NCBI GenBank assembly: GCA_030704615.1
Contig: CM060733.1
Location: forward strand, 32,426,001 to 32,490,000
Direction of reading: 5' to 3'
Length of the DNA stretch: 64,000 nucleotides
Source of the DNA: Takakia lepidozioides
Lineage: Eukaryota > Plantae > Bryophyta
Made by a program: the position numbers and the translations under genes. Under the pieces are notes generated by a model that was given only the letters and a program-made list of their open reading frames with translations, searched no databases and was not told the origin of the DNA. This document shows positions 35,860 to 48,300 of the stretch, one piece after another; position 1 is the stretch's first letter; every line of letters starts with the position of its first letter.

Positions 35860-36850
35860 AAGGCATATGCCTTCTGGACTTGTTTGGCGGGATCAGCACT
35901 GGATTGGCTGCAGTGCTGCAGGCAGGTGTACGAGTTCGACGTTACCTATATGTGGAGAGGGATGAAACTGCACGACGCGTCTCACTGTGCCATGTTGCTC
36001 AATTGGTGCAGCAGTACCCTGATTTGTTGCCAGTGTCTGCAGTTTGTGGATACCAACAAGCATTGCCAGCAGACATCTCTTTGCTGGGGGCGCATGGTTT
36101 GGAGCGGGTTGACCCTATTCACTTGGTAGTGGCAAGCTGGCCCTGTCAAGAGCATTCATCAGCCGGGCATGACATGGGTTACACGACTCAAGGTCACGCC
36201 TGTTTTGGGAAATGTTGAGGGTCTTACGCTATTTACAACTTCAGCAGACAGACTCTCCAACATATATCTTGGAGAATGTGCCATTGATGGATGATTCTCG
36301 GGCCAAGGTAATGGCCAGTGTGCATCAAGTGCGGTCTTGGTTTGGGTCAGCAGTGTTGCTGGATGCAGCTACAGTGGGGTCACAGGCTCATCGCCCACGA
36401 CTATGGTGGACCAACTTGATGTCACCTGCACTGCTCAAACGTGCATTTGAGGGGTGCAGTGGCCACCACACCTGACGGTGGATAGCATTTTGGACATAGG
36501 GAGACAGTCTTAGCGTGTGAGACACGATGACCGATCACCTTTGGCAGTGGTCAATAAGGTGGGTCACCCACGAGCCGCATTGCCTACACTGCTCAGTTTT
36601 CTAGGATCCCATGTTTTTCGGGATGGTGGACCTGGCCTCTTGTGGGATAGCCAGTTGCACCAATTAGTGGAGCCCAATGCTGACGAGCGCGAGCGGACGA
36701 TGGGTTTTACCACTGGTACCATAGCGGTGCCATCTCTTTCTGAGGCATCACGTCGTCAGGTGTTGGGGCAAGCAATGGATCTCAATTGCTTGACCTGGAT
36801 TATCAGCTTGGCTATGGCTGAGCAGCGTCGAGTACGGAGTACACATCCCG
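35860..36850 (+). pseudogene. C5 cytosine DNA methyltransferase (DNMT3-like) domain within pol, frameshifted
   Basis: Ordered motifs: I LDLFGGIS, II YVERD, IV SWPCQ, VI ILENV, VIII QAHRPRLWWTNL, IX ERERTMGF, X RRQVLGQAMD. Confidence 0.9.
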
Positions 36851-37239
36851 TGATGGTCTCCTTGCCTACCGAGACGGTATAGGCAGCGAGTGGGGGCGAA
36901 CAGGTGAGGACCACGAGATGCAGCCCGCATCCACGGCACACGTGGGAGGTGCTCGAGGTTCAAAAAGAGTTGGCAGCCAAGGCGGCCGTGATGGATGAGG
37001 TTGGGGATTTTTCTCAGGTTGAGGAGGTCCTCAAGGATGGGATGATGGGGCATGATGAGACATTGTCATTGACAGAGGAGGCAGTGGTCACTGCTCAAGA
37101 GGTTGTAGCATAGCAACCACGGGACGCGTCTTCTACGTCTAAGCCTGCTCGACTCAAGGTTGCAGTCACGGAGGACAACTGGGAGCCTGATGTTGGACCT
37201 ATAGTCACCGGAGGAGAAAGACGACATATACGGCGGTTC

Positions 37240-38600
37240 TTGAGGGCTTACAGGAACTTCTTTGCCTTCAGTTTGAAGGACTTAGGAGCACTGAAGGGTC
37301 AAGAGATTCGCATTGAATTGGCTACTGACACGCCAATCTTTTGGAGACCCTATAGATACAGTGACATGGAGAGGTCCTTGATTCAGATGAGAACTCAGGA
37401 CCTTTGGGAGGCTGGTTTGGTGGAGCTATCTGGGGGAGAGTATGCTTCAGCCACAGTGATGCCAGCCAAGAAGGATGTCTATGGCAATTGGACGGAGAGA
37501 CGTATGTGCGGTGATTACCGGCCTGTAAATCGTCAGACCAAGTCCGATAGGTATGCCATGCCGACACTAGAGGAGATCTTTGATGCCATTGGGCATGCCA
37601 AGGTCTTTAACACTTTGGATTTACGATCCGGATATCACCAATTGCCGATCAAGGAGGCGGATAAGCAAAAGACGACATTCTGGGGGATCAATGAGCACGG
37701 GAAGGATTGCCTATACCAGTGGCGGTTCTTACCATTTGGGCTTAAGAATGCTCCGGCAGAGTTTCAGAGAGTCATGGACAGGATTCTAGCAGGGTGGAGT
37801 TTGCTCGGTGCTACATAGATGACATCATCATCTTTAGTGCTACGGTGGAGAAGCATGAGAGACACCTTCAGGTGATATTTGAGCGCTTGAGGGCGCACGG
37901 ATTGAAGTTACATCCGGGGATGTGCAAGTTTTTCCACAACCAAATTGAGTATCTGGGTCACATGATATATCCTGGAGGATTGGGGATATAGCAGACTAAG
38001 GTAGAGTCCATTGCACAGATTCCACGCCCCACGGATGTGAGCCGAGTTCAAGCTTTTATGGGGTTAGCAAACTATTATAGACGGTTTGTTAAGGGATTTA
38101 GTGCCATTGCAAAGGCTCTAACCAAACTGACCAAGGTCAACCAGGAGTGGCAGTGGGAAGATGAGCAAGAACAAGCTTTTTAAGAACTCAAGGCGAGGTT
38201 GACCTCGGCGCCCATCTTGAGACGACCTATCAGGGGGCGTCCTTTTCAGCTGCATACAGATTGGAGCATGCTGGGGCTTGGAGCGGTGCTCACACAGGTG
38301 GATGATGAGGGAAGAGAGTTCGTAGTGGCTTATGCTAGCCGCTCAAACAACGCTGCAGAGTCTAAGTATAGCTCATATGAGGGAGAATGCTTAGCTGCAG
38401 TGTGGGCCGTGGCACACTTCAGGTGCTATCTATACGACAATCTCTTCACCCTTGTCATGGATCACCAACCACTCAAGTGGTTGATGGAGTCAGACAAGCT
38501 TTCGGGGAAGCTTGCACGGTGGGCACTCATCCTTCAAGAGTATGACTTTCAGGTTGTGCATCGACCGGGTTTGGTCATCGGGATGCAAATGGGTTGAGTC
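37240..38600 (+). pseudogene. Ty3 reverse transcriptase and RNase H
   Basis: RMCGDYR, LDLRSGYHQ, LPFGLKNAP, YIDD, YLGH; LHTDWS, VAYASR, EGECLA, DHQPL. Confidence 0.95.
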
Positions 38601-38899
38601 GCAATCCATGCACGAGCCAGCAGGATGACACTGGAGCTTGGTGGCATGGTGAGACGGACGAGGAGATGGTGCCCGGATGGCATGCATCTGCATTTCTGTG
38701 TAACTTGGTAGCGGAAGGCCAGGTTCGACCTGCAACAGGGATGACTATAGATCAAGTGTCTGAGGACCCTGAGGCCAGCAATGAGCAAGGTGGCGCCAAA
38801 GATATACATGAGGATTCAGTTGTGTTGGACTACCTCCGCACTGGAGACACGGCAGCCACTGTGACTGCCAAAGAGAGGGATCGGATCCTACAACGAGCC

Positions 38900-40007
38900 A
38901 AGAGGTTCAAGTGGGAGGAGACACACCTGCTCCGAGTGTGGGAGGATGGTCGAGTGATGATTGGCCTCACCCAACACAACGGGCACGTTTAGTGCGGCAT
39001 GACCATGAGGAGTTGGGGCATTTTGGGGTGCGACGCACTCATAGTCTACTGCAGGGGCAGTATTGGTGGCGTGCTATGCACACAGAGGTGCAACAATTTG
39101 TGGCTAGGTGCATGGTGTGTGACAGGGTGCATGCTTCATTCAACGCCCCTACTCCACAATTGCACCCTCTTCCCATCATGGGATTGGGCTACAGGTAGAG
39201 TCTTGACTTCGCAGGGCCATTGCCATTGACCATGCGCCACAACAAGTATGTGTTGGTGATGGTGGAGCACTTCTCCAAGTGGATCGAGTTGGTTCTATTG
39301 CCTGATAAGGCTAGTGAGGGAGCTGCGTATGTATTCTTGGATTGTGTACTTAGCCGATTCGGTGCTCCAGCTGAGGTACTCACGGACCAAGGGAGAGAGT
39401 TCTTAGGGGAGTTTCAGGCTTTGTGTGACAAGGCCTTGGTAGACCACCGCACCACTTCTCGGGATCATCCTGAGGCCGATGGCTTGGCAGAGAGGGTTGT
39501 TCAGACAGTAAAGAGGGGTTTGCGCAAGTATGGCTTGTAGAAGGGACACCTAGGAGATTGGGACCTTCAGTTACCCTGGTTAGCCATGGGTTACAGGTTC
39601 AGCAAGCAAGCATCACTTGCCTCCTTCTCACCATACTTTCTTCTCTTTGGCTGAGAGCCGGATTTGCTATATCCATTCGTAGAGAAGCTGCTACAGTTCT
39701 TAACCTTGATGATCCGGACGTGTGGGCACGTGCATGTGATCAGCGTGCAGAGTTGTTCAAGAAAGTCATGCCCATGGCTTTCGAGAATCTTGCCATTGCA
39801 CAACATCGTGATACGTTGAGGTATGCTACCATACGTGGTGGGGGCTATCGTCCTGGGATCTGGAGATTTAACCCTGGTGACTATGTTTATCTGCAGCAGA
39901 CTGCTCCTACGACCTTGGATGTGACTGCAAGACGTATGGGATGTTTGACTCCACCTCTTGAGTTGGTTCCTGATGGGGATTGGTTATGTCCGCATTGCAT
40001 TGGATAG
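38900..40007 (+). pseudogene. Ty3 integrase with a C-terminal PHD-finger remnant
   Basis: HEELGHFG...CMVC, VLTDQG, DGLAERVV; ends MGCLTPPLELVPDGDWLCPHC, the second half of a PHD finger. Confidence 0.88.
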
Positions 40008-40266
40008 TGGGAGTGGATACAACCATGGAAGGCTAACAAGAAATGCAAGGCCAAGCTACTAGGAGACCTTGAACACACGAGATCCTGGCTCAAGTTCACA
40101 GATTGCAAGACGGCGACTAACGATGGGGCTACCTTGTACCCGGCCTCTTGGTCTATACAGTTTGAGTACAATAGGGACAGTGATAGAGGACTTAGTACGG
40201 CTGTGGCTATTACATCTTGTAGCTATCTGGAGTTAAAGGGACCTATCCACCAGCTAGGGGGGCGAT

Positions 40267-40795
40267 TGTGGCAGACTACTTTATTGTCCATATATGTGTG
40301 GTGTAGTTTGGACAGCGATGTAGTTGTGTAGCGATACATATGCACACGACAGCTGTCAAGTTAAGTAAACACAGTGTGAAACTAACTAGAATAAAGCTAG
40401 TTATTTGTATTTAACACTTGGATTTAGTTCAAGTGTTAAGTCAGGTGTCAAGTTTAGCTTGATACCTGAACCATCTTATCTTCACGAGAGCGTCAGTCGT
40501 GCGGCTCATCTCTCTCGAGTTGAGCCTGCACGACCAAGCTCCCTCGCTGCTTAGCATCTGAGTGTACTTATGGAGGGAGAGTAGGATGTTGTGGGGTGGA
40601 GTCCCCATAGCTTGGGGTGCACCTGGCTCGACTCTTATTTTAACGAGTGATTGTATTGTATTTCGTGTTTTGTGTCAACAGAGACAATGTGAGTTTAGTT
40701 TTCATATCATTGTGGCAGACTACTTTATTGTCCATATATGTGTGGTGTAGTTTGGACAGCGATGTAGTTGTGTAGCGATACGTATGCGCACGACA
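40267..40795 (+). repeat. 3' terminal block Y1 (40267-40351)-GC-X2 (40354-40709)-T-Y2 (40711-40795)
   Basis: Y1 and Y2 are 85-bp direct repeats differing at 2 positions; X2 matches X1. Confidence 0.95.
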
Positions 40796-40833
40796 CATTT
40801 ATAATGCTTAAAGACACCATAAATCTCCAGGTG

Positions 40834-43800
40834 TCATTCGTTACCTACATCCAAATTGACATGTTGGGAGACACTTTGAGAGCGAGTTGGGCTCTGAGTT
40901 CGGCCTCTGCCTCCGCTGTTTTTTCTGGGAGACGGGCTTTTAGTCCTGGCTTTGTCACCACTGTCCATTTTTGCGGGGGACGGGCTCTTAGTCCTCCCTT
41001 TGTGTCCGCTGTCTTTTGTGGGACACGGGCTCTTTGTCCTCGCTCTCTCTACCATCTCTTTGGCGGGAGACGGGGACATTGGCGCCGGCTCGTCCCCTTC
41101 TACAGGTTTGAACCAGTCGTCTGCACTCCCAATAAAATTGCCGCGCACCTCGATTGAGCTCACCTCCGCACCCCTTGATGGTGAAGCAAGATTACTCTTA
41201 GTTCTCTCGCTTGAACTCGACGAATCCCCATCCAGAATCACGACATTGTGGACCGCAACGTCTTGGGTGATGTTCTCGATACCATCATGTGACTGAGTTC
41301 TGAAGTCTTGAATCACATCTAGGTGTCCAGCCTCCCAACTGTTGGCATTGTCACCATCGTGGCCCTCTTTGTCCCCGTTACCATCGATGCCCTCGTCCTC
41401 CTCTCCGTGTTCAGAATGTCCGCCTCCTTCTTCCAAGTCTTCATCTTCCTCCTCCTCATCCTCATCATCGTCTCCGCCGTCAACCTCTTCAGCAACATTG
41501 TCATTCTCAATTTGAAGCTTTTTAAAATTTGCTTCAACTTTTTCTTTGCAAAACTTTTTTTTGGTTGAGTGGTTGATGTCAAGCACTCGAATATTTCTTG
41601 CCTACAGATAAACCCAGTCAGTAAAACGGAGGACGTGTTTGATCAAAAATGTAAAATTCGTATTTAAAATGCGAAAAGGTTTTACACTTACATGAAGGGC
41701 GTACGTCAACATCACGCCTCCGATAGCGGACATCCCGTCTCGACAAAACAGGGAGGCCAAATAGTCGTATGTGTTAGCTTGTAGCTCATGATTATAAGTC
41801 ATGCACTCTTCTTCAAAAGCTGATGGCTTCTCAGAGGGCCCTTCCAGAATCGGCTGTATTGGCTCGATTAACAATACGGTGGAGATGTGCTCGTCCGGAT
41901 TTTGCATCTCCTCAGTTGTCGCTGGAAAAACATAGTCCAGGCACAGTACAGTCCAAGAGAAAGTCTTCGTGCTGTTTTTGTAAATATTTTCATACTCTCC
42001 CGGAACATAAAATCCCTGACGGACAAGATACGATGTTCTTCCGGGACCATTTTGGATGTAGAAGACCAGATTGGCCGAGGACGGTTGCATTGAGAAGAAA
42101 AAACAAAAGCACTTGTGTTCATTTTCTGAGCCACAAAGGCCTCCAATATGTTCACATAATCCTTGGACTCAAATACGACATAGTCGTCTTCAGAAACTGT
42201 ATTGACGAACACCATCGCTATGTTGTCAAACCGTTTCTTCGGTGCGAGTCACAGACGGGACTTGGCATCGGTGAATTTTGTTTCTCCACCCATGATAGCG
42301 TAATGAGTCTTGAAACTCGCTGAAATAATCGCCATGGCATCCTCTCTATCCTCATAAGCTTTCTTGATGGAGGACACGTACTTAACAAAAGCGGCCGTGA
42401 GTGGTTTTGTCTCCATGTTCATCTTGATCTTGCTTTGGATGTAATCCGTCCCCAGTTTGTCTTTAAATGTTGAGAACTCTGCCTTATTGAAGTGGTACTT
42501 TCTCTTCACTTCATGCCACTCGTCCTTAGTGTACGGTTCCGTGCACTGTTTGCTCCTCCACCCCAACACTTCCATCACATCGTCGACAATAAACCGGCGC
42601 ATTTTCATGTCGTCTATGTACTTGGTCATGCCTTGAATTGATTTGTCTTGACCTTTGTAATCTCGAATGGTCAATTTCAGGTCTAGGATTTTCTGCACAA
42701 CTTTTATCAGCTGCCATCTGTTCAACCCTTGCAGCTTTGCGATAGCAGATTTCATGAGCTGTTGCTGTTCACCCTTGTACTGTATCCCAAGCGGGTCGAG
42801 TAGCTTTCTCTGCTCCCAGTTTTTGAAAACATCTTCCCAGATCTTCCGAACGTCGTTGTCGCAAAGTACCAGGACCATTGCCTCCTTAATGCTACCCATT
42901 TCAAGTATCAAATGACAGGCAAACATGAACTCCTGCACATTCATTCAGGGATAAATTAGTTGTCACTCCGACAACCGAAGTATTCTTTAGCATAAAATGA
43001 ATGTGAATAGTAGATTTTGATTCCATAAATGCATACCTTCCATTGTTTCGTCTCGGACTTGGTGGTTTGATCGTTGTATTTCTTTGGCTTCCCCCTCAGG
43101 TTGAATAACATTCGCGCATGCGCAACTTTCTCCGGCATTGTTGTATCAAACTTTTGCGCCTTATTGGGATCGTTGAGGAGCTTTGACAACTTCAGGAGCC
43201 TTTGTTCATCGGTAGACCATACAATCTTCGTAGGCCACTCCCGGTAGTACTCCTTCACTTCGCTGTCGGCAAGATCCTCGAGAAGTTCCTGCTACAGTTA
43301 ATGTAAAATGGGTGAGAGAGTTGAAAGTGTGGGGATATATCCAATTTTGTAGTTCAACACCAACCTCCACTGCCCAGTGGAGGTTCGTTAAAAGAGAGGT
43401 CTGGGAGGAAATGAAGTCCATTACCTTTGCTACCACGATGGTGTGTTGTCCACCAATTACGAAAAACCTTGATATGTCCATCTCCTTCCATTGCTTCGGT
43501 CGCGATGAAGCAATCTTCTCTGGATTGGAAGGGTTGATTGGCGCAAGATACACCGGATGTTTGGAGTCGAACACATGAAGTTGGAAGAGTCGCCCTTTCA
43601 CTTCGTCCTTATGCTTGATATTTAACGGCCTGTAAACCATGCTCCTTGGAGCTAGTTCCATCATGGAAACCTTCACAAGGAAGGTACTCTCGAATCCGAA
43701 TGGAAATACATCATTGTATTTCTTCGTGAGCCTCTCCTCCATCTTCTCGCATTTTTCATTATCAAAAATCTCCCCAGCTTTAGGTCTCTTGTTATCTAAC

Positions 43801-44432
43801 ATCAATGCTGGATCCTGATCCTCATTTTGTTTCTTCTTTCCTGCGGAAGTCCCGGCCTCATTGTCATCATTGCCGGCTGTCGACGACTTGCGTTTTCCCT
43901 TCTTTGGCTTTGATGCTTCCTGTAGTGCTCGCTTCTTGCGAATGTCGTTCCCCATTGCGTGCAGAAGATCCAGAAAAATACTCCAGGCCCTCGACAAACC
44001 TACGTCTGTAAATACTGAGCCCTCGTCTGGAAATCTAAAACCCAGTGCAACGCATTCACTCATCAACAACTTGTTCAGACGACCCTCCTCCACTTTGAAA
44101 CCAAACGTCCTGGGGGTTCTCGCATCCTCATGCAGGAACAAAACCAACATCGGGTTTTCCTCTTCAGATTCAAGCTCTATATTGAGAGCTTCTGCGTATT
44201 TTAAGTGTGTTATTACTCCAAGACTTCTGTAATGAAAAGACAGTTTGTGATCAGGAGGTGTACCGACAGGCACGATGCCCCAATCTGTCACCTCTGGGTT
44301 AAGCTCAAAAATAGCGGTATGCTCAGTTTTGAAATGTGAGGACTTCCGGCATACGAATGCGCCACAAATATCTCCAATCAATCCCGGGATGCAATCTGGT
44401 GGTGTAGGATGTCTTCTGTTACAACCAAACAC
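40834..44432 (-). pseudogene. Large unknown multi-exon gene: ParB/Srx-like segment, helical region, possible degenerate MTase-like fold, acidic tract, RTKSPSP repeats
   Basis: Consecutive minus ORFs (408, 100, 231, 115/162, 250 aa) linked by GT-AG sites, stops and a frameshift; FFVIGGQHT resembles the ParB-like IDGQHR motif. Confidence 0.5.
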
Positions 44433-44609
44433 AAATTCATTAGATAATCAAATAACATGATCTCTCTTACTAGCATCCATCATTCCAAAAATGAGAACCT
44501 CCACTGGACAGTGGAGGTTTGTATGTACGAGTCTTTCTACATGAAATGGGAAATCCTCCATATTTTACAGATGTTGAAGAAAAAAACTTTAATGAAAAGG
44601 AGGCTCAAG

Positions 44610-45389
44610 AGCCATTGAGTACATCATCCTGAAACAGGACTAATCTACAATAGAAATCTTCGAACCTAATTCGTCCAAAATATACTAAGGAACTTCTCGC
44701 ACTATATTCAGATGATTCTAGATTATATACCCAAGAACTACATAATGTCCTTCTTATCTCTCTGAGTGTATTAGGCGAATAGTCTGGAGGGGTATAATTT
44801 GGGGATCCGGTGATACTATCAGGAGACGCAGGGGAGTATACTGGAGATCCGGAGACGTCCAGTAGTTCCAGGACTCCCCCGCTTGTTTCAGTGTCCAGGA
44901 GGAAGTTTGGAGGATAATATCCTTCAGATCATGATGTGGATTCAGGAGATGCTGGCGAGTAACCCGGAGATGTTGGATATCCAAAAACGGTCACTTGTAT
45001 CGCCGCCAATGTGTCTGGGGAATAGTCTGAAGGGGTGTATGTTGGATAATCTTGGGAGTAGGCAGGAGATCCGTTGATATCATTGTTTACATTAATGCTT
45101 TCTCTTATTTCCACCAGGGTATCCTTACAGATGACTTCAGGTGTATTGTTCGGAGATTCGGATGCGTTCCGTGGGGATTCTACAGTCACATTTTCGTCAT
45201 TGACTGACACTTTGTTCGGCTCGGTAGACCCCCAACTGGATTTTTCATCTGGTTCCGAAACACCATGTTTTTGATCTGGACGGTCGCTTCCATCACGTCT
45301 ACCGAACACCGTCTCCTGCTCCAATTTAATCTGGCTGTCTTGTACTCATCGTCAGACACCGGTTCCCCACCCTCGTTCCTCTTTCTCAT
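44610..45389 (-). pseudogene. ORF with RNA polymerase II CTD-like heptads (one in-frame stop at 44929)
   Basis: Read-through translation gives SPAYSQDYPTYTPSDYSP, YPTSPGYSPASPES, SPVYSPASPDS and SPNYTPPDYSPNT. Confidence 0.55.
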
Positions 45390-48300
45390 TCTGACATAAA
45401 AACTAATCAGAGTGTGTAACTCGCTGACCCAAAGAAATATCGAACCTCCACTGGGTAGTGGAGGTTCCCAATTATCGTATCCCAGTCTCGTTGGAAAGTA
45501 TGTGTCACACTTACAATGTTACACATATGATTCCATCACTCGTTCCCACATCATCTCAAACTGATTTCAATTTTCCCGTAATTATCCGATTTCGTCCTTA
45601 CTTTAAAAAAATGCCTTTCAGCTTCCGCATACAAAATTCACGCGAACCTCCACTGGGCAGTGGAGGTTCCAGTTTCTGGTTGCTCATGTGCATGACATGG
45701 GTCTATGAATACTCTACTCTGGCCTGCACGAAGCCTACTGTTAGCATATGTCTATTGTAGAATACAAGTAGTCTAGGCTGTCGTGGTTTTTCAGAATTGC
45801 CGAATTCGACATAATTGGATAAGAAATGAAAATTTCCATTCAGAATCGAATTTGAATGGGAAGAAATGCATCAACTAACGCTGGATTTGGGGATCAAGAA
45901 AACGGTTGAGAAATAAACATCCGGGCATTTCCAAAACTACTGTCCTCAATAAACCACCACAATGAACAAAACAAGCAATACAACCAGCACGGTAATCTCC
46001 CGCCACCCTAAACCATTACCCTAATCGACTAGAATAAGCACACACAAACCCAATTGCACACAAAACCACCCTACAAACCATCGGTGAATTGAAAAACAAC
46101 AGTGAAGCAATGCGGCAGGAATGCACTGAAGCACAGAATGGAGCAGGAGTGAAATGAATTGACAGAGAATGAAACAACATTGAAGCAAACAATGAAACAG
46201 AAACCTAATGTGCACTAAGGCACGGACTGAAACACTGAAGACAGTGCAGTGCAGCAGAGAATGAAGCAGGATCCAAACGAATTGAATCTTGAACAGGCCA
46301 CATGAATCGAGAGTGGGCCAACACAAAACATGAAACAGAAGACGAAAAGAGGGAGTTTTTAATGTTATACCTGCTTGTGCCGGCCATTTTGGTGCCCCTG
46401 CAACCACAGTCCTTCGTTTGATACTCTCTTCCGCAGCTCCGCCTGCCGGTAATTGCACTGCGCTCTCGCCTCTACACTCGTCAATCTCCACTCGCCACTG
46501 TCTGGTCTCTCCTCCCCGCTCTTCAAATTTTGCCTATTTCACTCTCACCTTTCACCCTCTCCTCTCTCTGGACTCGGCCAAGTCTTCTCTCCACGCTCCA
46601 GTGTCCAGTCACTGCAAAACAAGCTCCAAAACTCTTCTCTTTCACGCTCTCCTCTCTCAACTGTTAAGCTTTCACTCGTGCAGCGCTTACGTGTAGAAAA
46701 TGGGAAGTCCAAAGGCCGGGCTCAAAGAGCGCACCCCTTATAAGCGACCTTCAAGGATGATCTGAACCATCGCCTCCGTCCGAAATCGAACGGTCGCGCC
46801 TCCCAAATGGATGTTCTGCCCCATCCACGCAAACTAACATTAATACTGTCCATCCACACAGATGAAATTAGTTCAACTTTTGTTCCACGAATGCACACAC
46901 GTTTGGACAGACGACTGGATAGACGAATGAAAAAAGGACGAAATGATTGTAATGACGCCATTGGTCAGACTCTGCAACCCTCACGCTTACAAAAATCTTA
47001 AAATAGATTCGAAGCCAACAAACCTTAACCCATGCCCCAAACGCACATGTGACCACCCACGTGACACGCCTAGGCAGTCGTTTCGAACTCAATCTGCCAG
47101 AGGACACAACGTTGTACCTACGGATTTGTCACACTATATAATCATTGTCTCATATTGAGCCGTCCACAATTACTTTCGGCTGTTAGCCGCCAGACGTCAA
47201 TATTCCCTGACAGACATACGGCTTTAAGGATAGTAGATGGCCCCTCGTGTCGGGCATTCCTCGATTTAAGGTCCAGAGCCACCATAGGGACTGCCCATTT
47301 ATCGAGGGATACCCGACACGAGGGGTCCATCCCTACATTAAACATGTGCAAGCAAGCAAGGCACGACAGAGCATTCCGCACACCTGTAATGCACCCGCCC
47401 TCGCTGCCCCGCCCTGCCCAAGTGTTTAATTCACTGTAACAACACGATAAATATAAACAGAACAATCTCAAAGTGCTTTATGGTTCACCTCCGGATTCCT
47501 CCCAGCTAATTATAATGATCGATTGTTAATGTGCAGTCCCGAATTAGTTGTGGCGATTAGCCGCCTGACTTCATTTCTCCACGCCACTTGTCAGAATCGA
47601 CATCCTTCACGCTTATTCCAGAGTCTGTTGTTAGAGCCGCACGATAATGATGCCAGACTTGTAGTCCTACTAACGTACAAGTACGATAGAATTCAGTCTG
47701 ATCGCGGCCGTTATCGTTTGTTCCATAATTAATGTGACAATGGCTGCTATCAATAAATGGAAAATTGTGCACACTTTCAATGAAGCCGAGATTTCGCGAG
47801 TTGAAATAAGCCGTTCGATTCCGCCTTAATCCACGGTGGCCACAATCGATCCGGGAGAGAAAGCATACCACACTGCCATTGGAGCGATTCAAAGACGAAA
47901 GTTACATGTCACCTCTATATAACGTCCGAATCCACACAACACCAACTTCCCACTTTGAACCTCTCACTTGCTTCTTTTCTCTCACGCACCTCTCTGGACA
48001 TCCTGCACCTCTCTGGACAACGTGTACCTCTTTGCCTGTCCTGCACCGCTCTGCCCATAGGGTACTTCTGAAGCAGTCTCTAAGTCTCTCCCTGCTTCCT
48101 TAGTCTCAGGTGTCGACTGCACATTTCTCACGTAGGATAGTATGATACTCAATTTTTTGTGCACTCTCCATGTGCACCAGCTAAACTTGCTTTTGTTTGT
48201 CTAAAGTTACTCCTAAACCTCCACTGGGCAGTCACCACATCATTATTCATCCATCCATAGAATCATTTTTTCATCTACAGAAGGCTTCTTCATTATCCAT

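Larger units (their letters stand above)
30228..40795 (+). mobile_element. Ty3/gypsy LTR retrotransposon with DNMT and PHD domains and permuted terminal repeats; 4-bp TSD CATT
   Basis: Ends TGTC...GACA flanked by CATT (30224-30227, 40796-40799). Domain order is gag knuckles, PR, DNMT, RT, RH, INT, PHD. PPT AGGGGGGCGA at 40256-40265. Confidence 0.93.

Noticed and set aside
30228-40795. DIRS/PAT-type element because of the split direct repeats
   Set aside because: It encodes a DDE integrase and protease, has a TSD, and no tyrosine recombinase motif was seen.
45900-48200. Many short ORFs on both strands
   Set aside because: Low-complexity or shadow ORFs with no motifs; probably non-coding interior of the element.
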